A stretch of DNA of 64,000 nt from Paraphysomonas bandaiensis (GCA_965644295.1 CBFFRP010000201.1:6840-70839); one strand, 5' to 3'; numbered from the stretch's first letter, positions 23,501 to 36,200 are shown. A program made the numbers and translations. The notes: generated from the letters alone by a model not told the origin.

Positions 23501-24220
23501 GATGAATTAAGTGCAGTGTACGACGTGTCATGGAATCCTGCTGTACAGGCAGGAAAAATGACGGAGGCGGAAGCCATGAAAGAGTTCATGCGTCAATGGG
23601 ACAGACTTGATGGCGATGGTATGGTGTCTATAGAAGAATTTGAAGACTACTACAAGGGGGTGAGCTCATCGATTGATGGTGACGATTATTTTGAATTGAT
23701 GATACGGAATGCGTGGAGAATCCCCGGAGGCGAAGGAATGGCCGCCAACACGGCTAACAAGCGAGTCCTTGTCACGAACAAAGATGGTTCACAGTCTATT
23801 GCTACAGTCCATAATGAGCTGGGCATGAAACCTGGGGACAGGGATGCCGTTCGGTCACGTTTGGCTCAGCAGGGCATAGACGCGGCAAATGTGGAGCTTC
23901 ATGGTGGTATCGATACAACAGAGAAACCCAAGAAGGTAGAGTTATTGCTGTGTTTGTACATCTGTGTTATTGATTCTTCTTAATAGACACGCCAGGATTC
24001 TTCTAATCAGCAGAACATTGCTCCTAAACACGTACGCCATCGTGCTGCTGAGAAGCTTGGAGCCGCCTTCCGTGGCCATAAAGGGAGGAAAGAAGTTAGT
24101 AAAGTGCGTAGTAATGTTGAAGCTGCGATGCGACGTGAACAGGATCGTGAAGAGGAAATACGTAAAGAAAAGGCGAGGCATATTTATCGGCCTAAGGGCA
24201 AGTCATACATTGGGTTTTAG
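20511..24220 (+). CDS. Multi-exon fusion protein: N-terminal CCDC81-type HU domains, low-complexity linker, two calcyphosin-like EF-hand modules, C-terminal IQ-like motif
   Basis: ATG 20511, intron 20583-20634; W..LG..VREQL..KKGV.LEKLGYF, KLNFTQLS; MDDNGDKRL, FDRDRNGFID, AFDILDTDGSG, DGMVSIEEFEDYY, DDYFELMIRNAW (x2); AAEKLGAAFRGHKGRK. Confidence 0.85.
21949..22524 (+). repeat. Copy 1 of a ~576 bp near-identical intragenic direct repeat
   Basis: Matches 23393-23967; 5 substitutions and 1 indel counted by eye. Confidence 0.95.
23393..23967 (+). repeat. Copy 2 of the ~576 bp intragenic direct repeat
   Basis: Matches 21949-22524, including the first ~30 nt of the following intron. Confidence 0.95.
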
Positions 24221-24930
24221 ATCAGTTTCTAGAAAGATAATGACCTACATTCGAATTTCTATGACTTTGATGTAGATAGTATATGTTTGGGCATACAACC
24301 ACTGAAATATGACTGAATTGAAATTACCGTCACTGATAAAACTGACATGACCATTGGTTAATTAAGAAAACTATTTAATTTCTTGCTAGGATATACATAC
24401 AACATCTATTGAGTTTAAAAGCTCTATTTCTGAGGTATTGGGATTATGACAACTCCTTAGAAACACAGTGTTGCAACCTGTAGTTCATGACTTAATGACA
24501 ATATAATAAGAATGATGTTAGGTAACTGGTATTTGATATTTGAATACCTTGACTATTTGAGGTTGTGATTATCTAAGATCTAAGCGATGTATGGATTGAT
24601 AGTAGAGAGTAAAAAATATAACTTCACTGAATGATAAGAGATATTGATCATAACCTGCATAAATTGATTATATTGAGTGGTGAGTGGTTACTTCACGTAA
24701 AATTACTGATTCATTATTTTGCTAGTACTTGGAGTGTAAGTGAAACATACGTCAAATGCGTAGGTGACTGTATAATAGGTACGATATAAAATACAATCAA
24801 AATTTACTTGGCGACTTGCCATTGCACGTGATTAATGCACCATATACCTTATAGCACATGACACTGTTGTAATTAGATTATGTTAGATTTGTACACATCA
24901 CACTCTGCAGTTAGCCTTGCTCAATACATT

Positions 24931-25469
24931 TTGAAAGTCTTATTATGAGCAATAGGCGTTAAGAATCAGCACCACTTAGTTACTAGTAGATGAAAACTAG
25001 TCAAGCATGATAGAGACGTCTACCTGTAACTAACTAGTACAAACTCTATTATCCTACTATTTGTGCGAAAGCTGCTTGTGCGTCATCGCAAGCATCAAAG
25101 GGCAACCACCTCTGCTATATCACTTAAAGTAAGCAGAAATTTTATATAACTTCAGAATTTTTAAGTCCTTTAGGAGAACATCCCGGATGCTTGACTGCAT
25201 CAGCTGCCCTATACCCCGGATATCCTTCAAGTGGGCCCTGTGCCCTGTCCCGAATGTCTTCGATGTGGGCTCATTTCCTGATGCCAGTTTATCCGCAGGG
25301 CCCAAAGACGTCAACACAAATAATACTTATTAGTGTCCCTTGTACCACACAAGTATTTGGCTGTGAGTGGGCAGAAAAATATCTGAATATGTTTTCGGCT
25401 CACGTTAGTTTCCCAGAGAGTTATCCGCCAGAACACCACGAAAAGGTGCGAGTCCAACTTTGTTGAGGG
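24931..25469 (-). repeat. Dispersed ~540 bp non-coding repeat (parts Y 25469-25307 and X 25306-24931), contiguous copy
   Basis: Y matches 39157-39338 in the same orientation; X matches the reverse complement of 39667-39967. Confidence 0.85.
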
Positions 25470-25780
25470 TATGTTTTGCACATAACGAACTTTTTATCAC
25501 ATGATTACCAGTCACTCCTACATCTTTTAGTCCCACATCAGTAAATATTGTAATTACATAGTATAATTCTACTCAATATTCACCCGTTTCCCCAATTGCA
25601 CACAGAAAAGCAATAAATTGATATGCAGCATATACATAAAATAACATTTTAATTACATAGTATCACTTTCTTTCATGATTAAACTACAGATACAATTTTA
25701 ATACAGATAAAACAGTGGGAAAAAGCGAGTATATACGTGAATGGAAATTGTCGAAGAGAGAAGCCCCGTTGGGGTGAAAC

Positions 25781-27620
25781 CTACGTAGTTTTTGTATCAC
25801 TGCGTCCAGAAACCTTGCGTGAACGATTTCTCATGCTTGAATTGGATAGTTTGGAATCCTTAGATGCAGTTGAAGAAGCGGGGTGTATCTTATCTACGTT
25901 CGATTGAGTAGAAGTATGAGATACCCTTCGCAGAACTTTGCCAACTCCTATTCATTAATTTACCTCTACATATAATTATAATCAAGGTATTCTCGGGCGT
26001 ACCTTTAGCTCTACCCTCTCTAAAGAGAAACGTATCTCCAGGTAAGATATACTCGTCAAAATAAACAAATTTGAACCTCACAATAGCTCCTGCATCGGGG
26101 TATTTCATTTAGCGAAAGCAGATAAAAAATAGTGCACTCACTCTCTCCGGTTTTCAACCTCTTTTCTTCTCCTTCAATATCAATTATCTCAGCGGATTGC
26201 CTTAGTACACCACAATGAATGACTGGTTGGTAGCCACAGGTTATAGTTGTGGAGTGGTGAAGTATCATAACGCTGGCATAAAATTCTCTGATGACGATAT
26301 CATTATATAGGATTGTAATAACGCACAAGATATACCTGACACCCCGAGGAGATATATCGCCAGTCTCTTTTACGACAACCATTCCTTTCTTGAACCAGCT
26401 TCTCCGAACTGTGAATTTTCTGCTGTTCACACATTTTATCGAAAGAGTCGCACTCTGGCCAATCTTGACCTCAGTAAACGGCACTCGTCTACATTCAATA
26501 CTTCGAACAACAACGGGGTAAAAATGACCCGATCTATCGGGTCCAACATGAAGTGTTTGACCAACTGATATAGTCCCACGAAGCACTGTGCCTCCAACAA
26601 TAACTCCTACTCCTCTGACTTCATAAACGCCATCTATGGGGAAAAGTACCTCAGGCATGTCACCATATACAACATCAGGATCACTGTCCACTCCACTGTA
26701 TCGAATATGTGATCGTCGAATACGAGATATAAAGGATCGGAGGAGGTCCACTCCTTGTCCAGTAACACTCGATATTGCAAATACTGGAGTAATCCTGTTG
26801 GAGGAAACTGACTCCGCGGCGATTGTAACGGCCTCCATATCTTTAACGGGATATGGCATCTTACCGTAGGAACGAAGAATTTTTGCTAAAGTCCTCCTGG
26901 TGTGCTGGAGTACATCTCGGGGACATATATCAACTTTGGTGACAGCAACAAACATAGGTAGGTTCAGAGCACTTGCAATTGATATGTGCTCTCTGGTCAT
27001 CACTTGTACTCCCATGTTGCTTCCAACAATTAGTAATGCAAAGTCCGGCATTAGCCCTGTCAGTCCAAATAGGGTAGTTTTTAAATATTTTTCATGGCCG
27101 CATAAATCAATTAGTGTTAGAGTATAATCACTTCTGTCCATGATTTCCACCCAACGCTGAACATGACTGCGAGCAGATGGCACAACTTGCACCTCATCTT
27201 TGAATCCCAGTATTTCAACAGTAACAGCTGATGTACGTCCGTTATCTTGTTCATGACGATGTTTTAAAACAGCTGAACGAGCTGACCCACGCCCATCATC
27301 AAGAGACGCGTTAGTTAACACACCCACCAGAGTGCTCTTCCCTGAATCAACGTTTCCGATCTAAATGAACAGATCATTCACCACTTTAACAAACTGTTGT
27401 CAATACAAACCATTGCAATACGTGTGTCATTCGCTTCAAAGTCTTCGAGTGTTCTGTGTTCGATTAGAGCGGCATAGTCTCTCAGTGTATCGACAGGCTC
27501 ACTGCTAGATTTCTCACACGTCTCTTGCATATGATGCATATGAGCCAATCAGATGCATGAGAGAGATATGTGTGTACCTTCATTGGATGCTTGGAATACA
27601 TGCAGGACTTCGTCTTCCAT
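25781..27620 (-). CDS. Translational GTPase of the GTPBP1/GTPBP2 family, multi-exon
   Basis: [84 protein letters not shown]. Confidence 0.93.
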
Positions 27621-27814
27621 TACCAGCTCAGTGCGTGTGTATGTGTGTGTGTGTGTGTGTGAGGGGTGTGAGATACACAGACAAGAGGGGTGAGAAGATC
27701 TTTAATAGAAACACAAATCGATGTCTATTCTAGTGGTGAAGAGATTGATTGAGATCTGAGTCTGTTGAACGATATGGCTACATATACATACATCACTGAG
27801 ATCTGCCTGTCTGT

Positions 27815-27892
27815 GTATGTATGTATGTATGTGTATGTATATGCATGTATGTATGTATGTATGTATGTATGTATGTATATGTATATGTATGT
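27815..27892. repeat. (GTAT)n-type microsatellite in a divergent promoter
   Basis: gtatgtatgtatg... tract read directly. Confidence 0.9.
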
Positions 27893-28428
27893 GTACTGCG
27901 GTACATATCCATAACGAGGTTTCTCATAAGGGAAGATCACAACCAAATAACTACAAGAAAAATTCCTTGAGGATATGATTGGCTGGGCTATAATTCCATG
28001 GTTTATGTTAAAATCAAAGGTTTTATTTATTAAAAAGCAGGGTTTATATTAAAGTTGTAAATTATTATACAATGGCGGTATACGGTAGACTACAGAAGAA
28101 GAAGACAATAATTTTCTTGTGTGTTTATGGTATGTATGTATGTTCTATAGATCGTTCCATACATACATATACAGTACATACACCATACAGCAGCAGCCGT
28201 ATATATACATACTACTGTACATATATACCGCCATCATACGTCCAGTACATACGTGCATATACATATACATATACATAGACATACGTGTGCTGTATATGCA
28301 GACCTAACCACAGCAGTGTACAGAGCCGAGCCCAGCAGTCTCATCACAGTGTTGTGACATCGAAGAAGAGAAGAGAACACTATCATCAACCCTGTCGACA
28401 ACCACCGTCACTCCCTATCTATCTAACA

Positions 28429-28480
28429 CCATCATCTCCTCCTCCTCCTCCTCATCATCATCATCAGCAGCAGCAGCAGC
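28429..28480 (+). repeat. Compound trinucleotide run (CCT)n(CAT)n(CAG)n ending at the ATG of the UFD1-UBX gene
   Basis: ...cctcctcctcctcctcatcatcatcatcagcagcagcagcagcATG. Confidence 0.9.
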
Positions 28481-29650
28481 ATGGAGTTCGATCGAAGCAT
28501 CTCCAAACTCGAGAAAGAACAAGAAAAACGACGTCAATTAGCTAAAAAAAAGCTTGAGAGGGAGCAGAGAGCTCAAGCTCAGCACCATAAGATGGAGCAC
28601 ACCTTACAGTTACTAGCTAAACAACGTGCAGAGGAACATGAAGCACTTGAAAGAGACCGTCAGATACAGCAAGAGATACAGCAGAGATTGACATGCGGTG
28701 TGGATATTGTATTACAGTTACATGTAAAGGAATATGATCATGCAGAGGATGATAAAGTTGCATTACCAGCGAGTGTATTGGAGTCATTAACTACCAAGAA
28801 TGCGTTTGCAAATGGCCCCGTGATGTTTCAGATAGTGAATCCTGTGAATTCACGTATAAGTCATTGCGGTGTCAGAGAGTTCACAGCTGATGAGGGGACT
28901 GTGAAGATCCCTAAAAAGGTTTGTGATTGTTTGCAACTGACGGATACTGAGTCATCTTCTGTACAATTGAAGTATATTGTACTTCCGCCAATCAGTTCCG
29001 TTACATTTCAGCCGAAACTGAATGCTTTTACTAATGTTGGTCCCGTGAAACAAGTTCTTGAAGAGAATTTGGTACATCATACGACATTGACGAAGGGTGA
29101 TGTGATAACAATATGGTATCGTGGAAAATCATATGAGCTCACTGTCACAAACATAGTACCCGATGATCCGCTGTATTCTCACGGAACCACTTTGATTAAC
29201 ACAGATGTTGTTGTTGACATAGACTTATCAGAAGAGTACACACGTGTTTCTGGAACTAATAGGACGGGGCAAGAAGATCCAAGCAAGCTTGAGAATAGCA
29301 CAATTGTCAATCATCCCTCTACGTCCTCTCCGAATACTAGTGAAACTGTATCCAAGAAACCAACACTCACACTTCCAGATGAACCCACTGCTGATGCGGA
29401 TGGTATAATAGCTTGCAAATTAAAGTTGCCCGATGGTACGACTTTGACTCGAAGGTTTCTGTTAGCTGATAGTATGAGTTGTTTATTCACGTTCCTCCAC
29501 GCATCCAGAGAAGATTTTGGTGTGGATAAGACACTCCAGGTATCTACCCGATTTCCACCACGAAAATTCCTTGAAACCAACGAACACCAGTCGTTTCTAG
29601 ATGCTGGAATCAATTCCTCTCACGAAGTTTTTTTCGTTGAGCATGTGTAG
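28481..29650 (+). CDS. UFD1-domain protein with N-terminal coiled coil and C-terminal UBX domain (p97/Cdc48 adaptor), intronless
   Basis: DDKVALPASVL, SHCGVREFTADEG, KQVLEENL.HHTTLT.GD, INTDVVVD; UBX LKLPDG.TLTRRF...TRFPPRKF. Confidence 0.88.
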   Translation: MEFDRSISKLEKEQEKRRQLAKKKLEREQRAQAQHHKMEHTLQLLAKQRAEEHEALERDRQIQQEIQQRLTCGVDIVLQLHVKEYDHAEDDKVALPASVLESLTTKNAFANGPVMFQIVNPVNSRISHCGVREFTADEGTVKIPKKVCDCLQLTDTESSSVQLKYIVLPPISSVTFQPKLNAFTNVGPVKQVLEENLVHHTTLTKGDVITIWYRGKSYELTVTNIVPDDPLYSHGTTLINTDVVVDIDLSEEYTRVSGTNRTGQEDPSKLENSTIVNHPSTSSPNTSETVSKKPTLTLPDEPTADADGIIACKLKLPDGTTLTRRFLLADSMSCLFTFLHASREDFGVDKTLQVSTRFPPRKFLETNEHQSFLDAGINSSHEVFFVEHV

Positions 29651-30273
29651 TACTACTTGTAGGATAGTCGAAAACTTGAATTAAAATGGTTATACTTACA
29701 TTGAAGAATTCATAATAGTTAACACAGTAATTTAATTTTTATATACGGTAGCAACTGTGGTAAATGAGAAGGATCCAAATTGACAATGAATTGCAACGCA
29801 GCCCTTCAAGTAGATAAATTAGTGCAAGTGGAATTGTTTGTATCGTAACACTCGTTCATTGATGATCAGTACTTATCCAGAGGTAGTGTTCGGAATACAG
29901 TTGGTTTCACTAAACCGTCATTAAATAAATACACCCTACTACATTGCACTACAATATTTACTAATGTATATGAGTTTCCATCTATTTTCTTAATATTAAT
30001 TAGGGAATACCATTTTTTCTTACAGCAAGCAAGCAACAAAATATAGGTATACAACATCATGAGGATAAGGTACAATTTACTCTAGGAATAAGGAGAATCG
30101 TCCCTTGTCTAAATATTCAAAACACGAGCATTTCGCCGTAGTAAAACAGAAAATGGATTTAGGTATATATTATTAGATACAGAATCTCTGTTCATCAAAT
30201 CACACAAATCAAATTATTAACGGCAAAGCTCACTCATTCCCACGACGCAATGCCTCATTTAACCGGGAGCAAG

Positions 30274-33200
30274 TTACTTGCGAATCACTTTGTACTGAAT
30301 TATACCTCTAGAACTGGCATCTAGAACAATAAGGTATTTTCCGTCCGCAGAAAATCGTAGCGCGGGCGAAAAACTTGACACACCATCTACTTTTATACTC
30401 ACACCCTGCAACAAAATACGGTCAGAACAAATACTTCCAGATACAAATCTTACCCCAATATTTTGACACGGATAATTAAAAATTCGAACTTCTCCATTGT
30501 CGTACGCTGCTGCAACTAATCCTCGCTTACCATTCGTCGTGGAAAGATACACATCCATCGCACTTATATCGATATTTTCGGTCGGAGATTTCCATACACC
30601 TATCAATAGATTAGACGACAATACAACATCATACTAAGATGGCTAACCTTTGACCATCCATCCGTAAGGAACATTTGTTGAGCTAAACGTCTCGTCCCTT
30701 ACAGTGGTCGCCAATGGAATCGCTTGAACGTCACCATAGGGATATTCGTTCAGAGCATAATGCAGCAAATCGAATGTTATTGTGCTCACTCGAATTATTG
30801 AGGAGTCTACATTAAAGTCAATATGGGTAGCAAAAGATTCTTTTAAGGGCATGTCTACAGTAGTCAGCAGCTTGTACTGCTGCAACCCTTCACTCTGACA
30901 ATCGTGGATGTAGAGCTTGCCATCTCTGCTTGCAACCACTAAAATTGCACCAGATGGAGAATATTTGATATCAGATATAGTAAATTTTGCTTTCCGGTCT
31001 TCAAATATTACATCCAAAGTGCCAGCAGCTAGTATCATGATCGCACCGTCTTTCGTATTCATGGCAGGATCACCGCCAATTCCAACTGCTATGTGCTGCC
31101 CATTGGGAGACCACGATATTCCACGGCCAGCTACTTCCAACGAGGTTCGTCTGGTGCACTTGCGCTGAGATATACTCCATACTCTCACCGCCCCATCGTC
31201 ACCTACAGTAGCATACTCATCGCTATTGCAAGGGTTGGTACACAAGCCATGTAACTGCCGATGACTGTGACTCTCTAGCAGCAACATTGAGCTGTGAGTA
31301 CTCAGAGTTATCTCATAAACTTCTCCACTTCTAAGACCTGAACCCAAATCAAATTAACATACATAATATACTTTTGATAGGGACTTACCTACTGCAAGCT
31401 TTGTCGATACACTGTTGACAGCTAAAGAATGGCAGGATAGGCCATAAGGGGCAGGAGAAAATGTTTGAACATTATAGGAATGTACGAGTTGTAGGGCAGT
31501 AGACCAAGTCTTGATGAGCCCATCTTTTCCGCCAGTGGCAAATTTCGCACCAGAAAAATCATTCACTGCACAAATCGAAAACACAGGCGCATCATGAGCA
31601 GTTAAAGTAGATTTAACTTTCTGTTTTTCCCATATATACACATGCCCCGTAACAGTACCGGTCAACAACATTTTGGCATGCTCATCACCGGCATTTCCAG
31701 TCGGAAATTCAACTTCTACACCACATAATATTGCTTGCACTTTTCTTTTCCTTCCAAATGTACCTCGGGCACGTTCAAGTGTCTTACCCACTGTCTTGAA
31801 AAAGTAGATACAACGATTTCCACCTGACACTATTGGATATTGTGAGTGTTCATCGGAATATAACACCCACAGCATTTTCGAGCTCGACACATTGACAGAG
31901 GACTCAATCATAACATCAGATATCCACCTCTTACTACAAGAACGTAACACAACCACACTGTGCATAGTATCTTGTCCAAGAGTTGCAATTGCGTAACCAG
32001 AGGGCGAAAAACTCACACTTATTATTCCATTGCGATGGATATCACGAACAACAGACAGCTGTGTGGCAGTTCGTGCATCCCAAAAATGCAACTGTGGGTT
32101 AAAACCTAGTTCCCCCGTGGCAGCAATCTTACCGTCAACTCCAACATCAAGCGATATAATAGACTGCGAATGTCCTTGATAAATCCTTTGGGAGTGAACC
32201 TTGCGATCATAAACAATCCCTAAACGTGACGAAAAGAATACAGCGTTGCCATCATTATTAAACTTTAACCCTTGACGACAGTCCCCACTTCTAATTCCAT
32301 GCACATGCTCTGGCTCGACAACTATCGCGGGCTTGCTACTGTCGTCATCACGTACATGAGAGGGCGGAGCAACATTAGCCATCCAAGACTGCTGCTGAGC
32401 TCCTGATGCAGTTGTACAGTCTTCCCGTGCAACTTTAGTAAGAGAATCATTTCCACCATCTCGCTCCAATTCGCTGTCATCACAGCTCAGACCTCCCTCG
32501 TCTCCAGACTCTCGTGCAACGTCATAAGAGAGTTTCCATTGTAATATAGCGTAATCCATCGAACCAATAGATATTAGCGAGCTATCACCTGCAATCCATG
32601 CAATGTTCGATATAGGTCCGGAGTGTCCTCCATCACCAACAAATCCAGCAATATCTTGGCATGGATTATGCGCTAGAAAGAGGCGCCCAGATGTATTTCC
32701 ACATGCAAGTAATTGCCCTCCCCACGACCTCTGAACAGCGCAAGGTTCAGCACCACGAGGTTGAAATGTCCACAGACCTTTCACTGGCCAACCAACAGGT
32801 GAGCTCCAAGTGGCCCACTTTTGGTCTCGCAATGCGTTCGGTGATGGAATGTGCGTTCCAGATGTAGTATCGCTGTAGCAAATTCGCTTTGTGATATCGA
32901 TACTCATTAGAAATGAATTGTCCAAAGAAAAGTCAGCGCTCATAAGCGGGGCTCTGTGACAATTGATTGTGCAGCGACGACTATAATGATCTCTAACATT
33001 GTACAAATAAACTTTACTATCCTCCGAACCAACAGCCAGTATTTTTGAGTCACCACTGAATTTTATAAATCGAATGGCTTCATTCGAATCTTTACCTTCA
33101 TGGACGAGTTTTAAATCATTCGCACTCAGAACGACGAAAGCGCCGTCCTTGGCGGTTGCTCTACCACGGGATCGCTTTCCACCGCAGCCAAACCCAACAG

Positions 33201-36200
33201 CTACTAACCTACCATCAGGTGAATATGATATCGATCGCGATGGGGCATCCATTCTGATACATTTCATCTGAGTGTAAGATTTAGAATCCCACAGTCGAAT
33301 AGTACAATCATCACTCGAGGTCACAAATTCCTCTTTAGTAGGGTGTGTTGTAAGTCCCCAAAGTTCTCGGCACCCGTGCGACTGCATTAACGGTTTCGCG
33401 CCAACCATTGAGCCATTATTTACGCGAACTTCGAATATTTCAGCGCCTCTAGTACCCACGAGTAAAAACTTTCCATCCTTACTGAAACAGACACTGCGTA
33501 CTCTTGGACAAATGGAAGGGAACAGTACAGGAAGAATTGCTTCGACAGACATTTCCCGGATACAATCTAACGATGTATTCCATATTTTTATCAGTCCATC
33601 TTTGCCACCGCTCACCATCTGGTCACCAGAGAGGGACACATCTATAGCATGCACACCACCTGTGTGAGCTTTGATAGCATGATGTAAGGCGTTGTTTTCG
33701 AACATATAGAAATGGCCATCTACAGTGCCGACAGTTGGGTACCCTGCAAAATAAATACAGCACATGAATGGTTGGGGACGTCCGCCATCTCCTATAGTTT
33801 GATTGCGACTTGACAACGACCACGTTGATATATTCCACAATTTGACCTGCTTAATGCCGCATGTAAGAAGTTGACAGTCATCCTCTGAGAAACAAATGTC
33901 TATTATTCTGCGGGAGCTCCCGTACCCCCGGCATAGTAGCATGCTGCTTTTCCAGTGATATACGCTAACAGTGTGATCACTGTCCAGTCCCACGACTGCG
34001 AGAAGGTCTGAAGAATTTGAGAATGTCATACACACCACGGATTTCACTTGCTTGTCTGGAAGGATTCGCAACGTCGCACACGTTCTTGAGTCCCATATAC
34101 AGACCTTCGGGGCATGTCCAAGTTCCCCAGTTGCTACGAATTTCCCATTTTTCGAACAACAAAATGCTGATATCGCCTGGGAATGGCCCTAATTAACAAC
34201 ACGAATGTTAAATTATTAACAACACCGCGCAAGAACTCTACCTGAAAAAACTTTTGAGTTTTGTTCACTCGATCCATTACAACTCCAACAGATGAACACA
34301 CATACACTACTTGCTCCTTGTCGGTGTACCGAATATTATTCCTCATTTCTTGGCAGCGATATCCATATACATATTCTAACTTCATAGTCACATCGGGGGC
34401 TGCGGTGTGTTGTGGGGCTGGATTATTCGGTTCAACAGAACATTCAAGCCATACACTCATCGCTTCTGTGGAAGTATTGCCAGCACGAGTTGAATCCCCT
34501 CCGGATACCGGGACAAATTCGTCCTCATTAGACGCGGACTCTGGGACGACATTGTTCAGTAGACCAGCTACCACCGCACAATCTTCAACCATAAAATCTT
34601 CACCTATATCTGACCCACCCCTCATTTCTAAACCATAATCTTCGCTTTCCTGGTACTCAACTTGCGGGATTTCGTTAGCCTTGACAGCTGATCCACCTGC
34701 CTCATCTTCGTCAGGCTTGGGCTCTTCAACACGAGGGTAATGCACACTGCATTTCCATTGAATCAAACATCTGTCGTATTTTCCACTCGAGTAAAAGTAC
34801 TGCGAGTCATTAGAAAAACGTACTTCAGAAACAGCTCCAGCATGAGCGCACGTTCTGTGATACTCAGCATTACGTGGTATACATGGAAAAGGATGAAGGC
34901 AGACAAATCCCATACTAGTACCGGCAACTAAGTACTCGTAAGGACTCGATTCTTTAACAGGAGTAGTCATTACTTCGCCTGCAGCATCATCCGTGCTGAG
35001 TACACTAGGAGGAACACTGCAGGTTGTTACATATTCATTGATGAAGTTGTTGTCGTGGATGGAGGAACTTTGCCAGCTATAAATACAAGACGCAGTAGAC
35101 CACCTCACATCACGCATTGCAGCAGCATTCGATTGAAGGCTCGCGTCATCTGAATTGAAAAACAAGAAATCGCCATTCTTGCCATTAGTTCGAATCCACT
35201 CGCCATCAACGGAAAAATCCAACTGCAGAACAGGAGATGTATGCCGGATACAACGTCCAACTAACTCATAATCGTCATGAACAGCATACAAAAATATGGC
35301 ACCATCTTCTGCGGCCACGGCCAACGTTTCTCCCTCAGGAGAGAAAACAGAAAGTGTAATCGGCGTGTTTGAATCCTTCGCCTCATGGACAACTGACAGG
35401 TCTTCTTCATTTAGGATAACATAGGCACCATCCTTGGGATGGGCAACACCAGACTTGTCCCCACCAAGTCCAACTACAATGACATCTCCGAGAGGACTGT
35501 ACGACACCGACCTATTGACACTGTGACATAGATAAATGAAGATATGAGATATGTTACCTTGCATTGCAATCAAAATTCGCAAGCTTTAACAAGCTTCGAG
35601 TTGTAGCGTCCCATATCCGAAGGCATTTGTCGTCACCAACACTTGCAAACTCAAGTCGGCTCGGGTGTACTGGAGACACTATCAGTTCATACAGAAATAG
35701 GGCGGGAGGTTAGGTACCTGCAACGCTACGTAAAACTCCAGTGCTATGGCCAGAAGCAATCGCGCCGCCGCGAAGATCAGATCCATCAACAGCAGAAACC
35801 TGTCCCATAAAATAAATCAACGTATCCTTAAGAGTGTGACATATACCTCATATATTTCAGCACCAAGAGTTCCAAGCAGTATGCTAGACCCATCAACAGA
35901 TAAACACACGCTCCGAATGGAAGGAAGAAGGCCGAAGTGCGACATATCAAAAGTTGCACCAGGCTCCAATTTGTGTGTCCACAAGCGGACGCGGTGGTCC
36001 TTGCCTCCAGATATCACTCCATGGAGACAAGAGTATATGACATTGACAGATCCCTGCATCACACCCAGTTATTAGATTTCAATACAGGAAAAATACATAC
36101 TTGGTGGCCTTTAATGTGACGAACACAATTTCTATCCGTCCAGAGCAACAGAAGACCAGACACGGTACCAGATACGAAGCTATCGTTGAGATCAAGCGGA

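Noticed and set aside
25191-25466. Similar short ORFs at 25191-25466 and 39171-39401 as a protein family
   Set aside because: The similarity follows from the DNA repeat; frames diverge after indels and the starts are non-ATG
25745-25790. Hammerhead-like GA-GCCCC-gtt-GGGG-T-GAAAC
   Set aside because: No CUGANGA core and no stems I/III; it overlaps the stop and 3'UTR of the GTPase on the other strand
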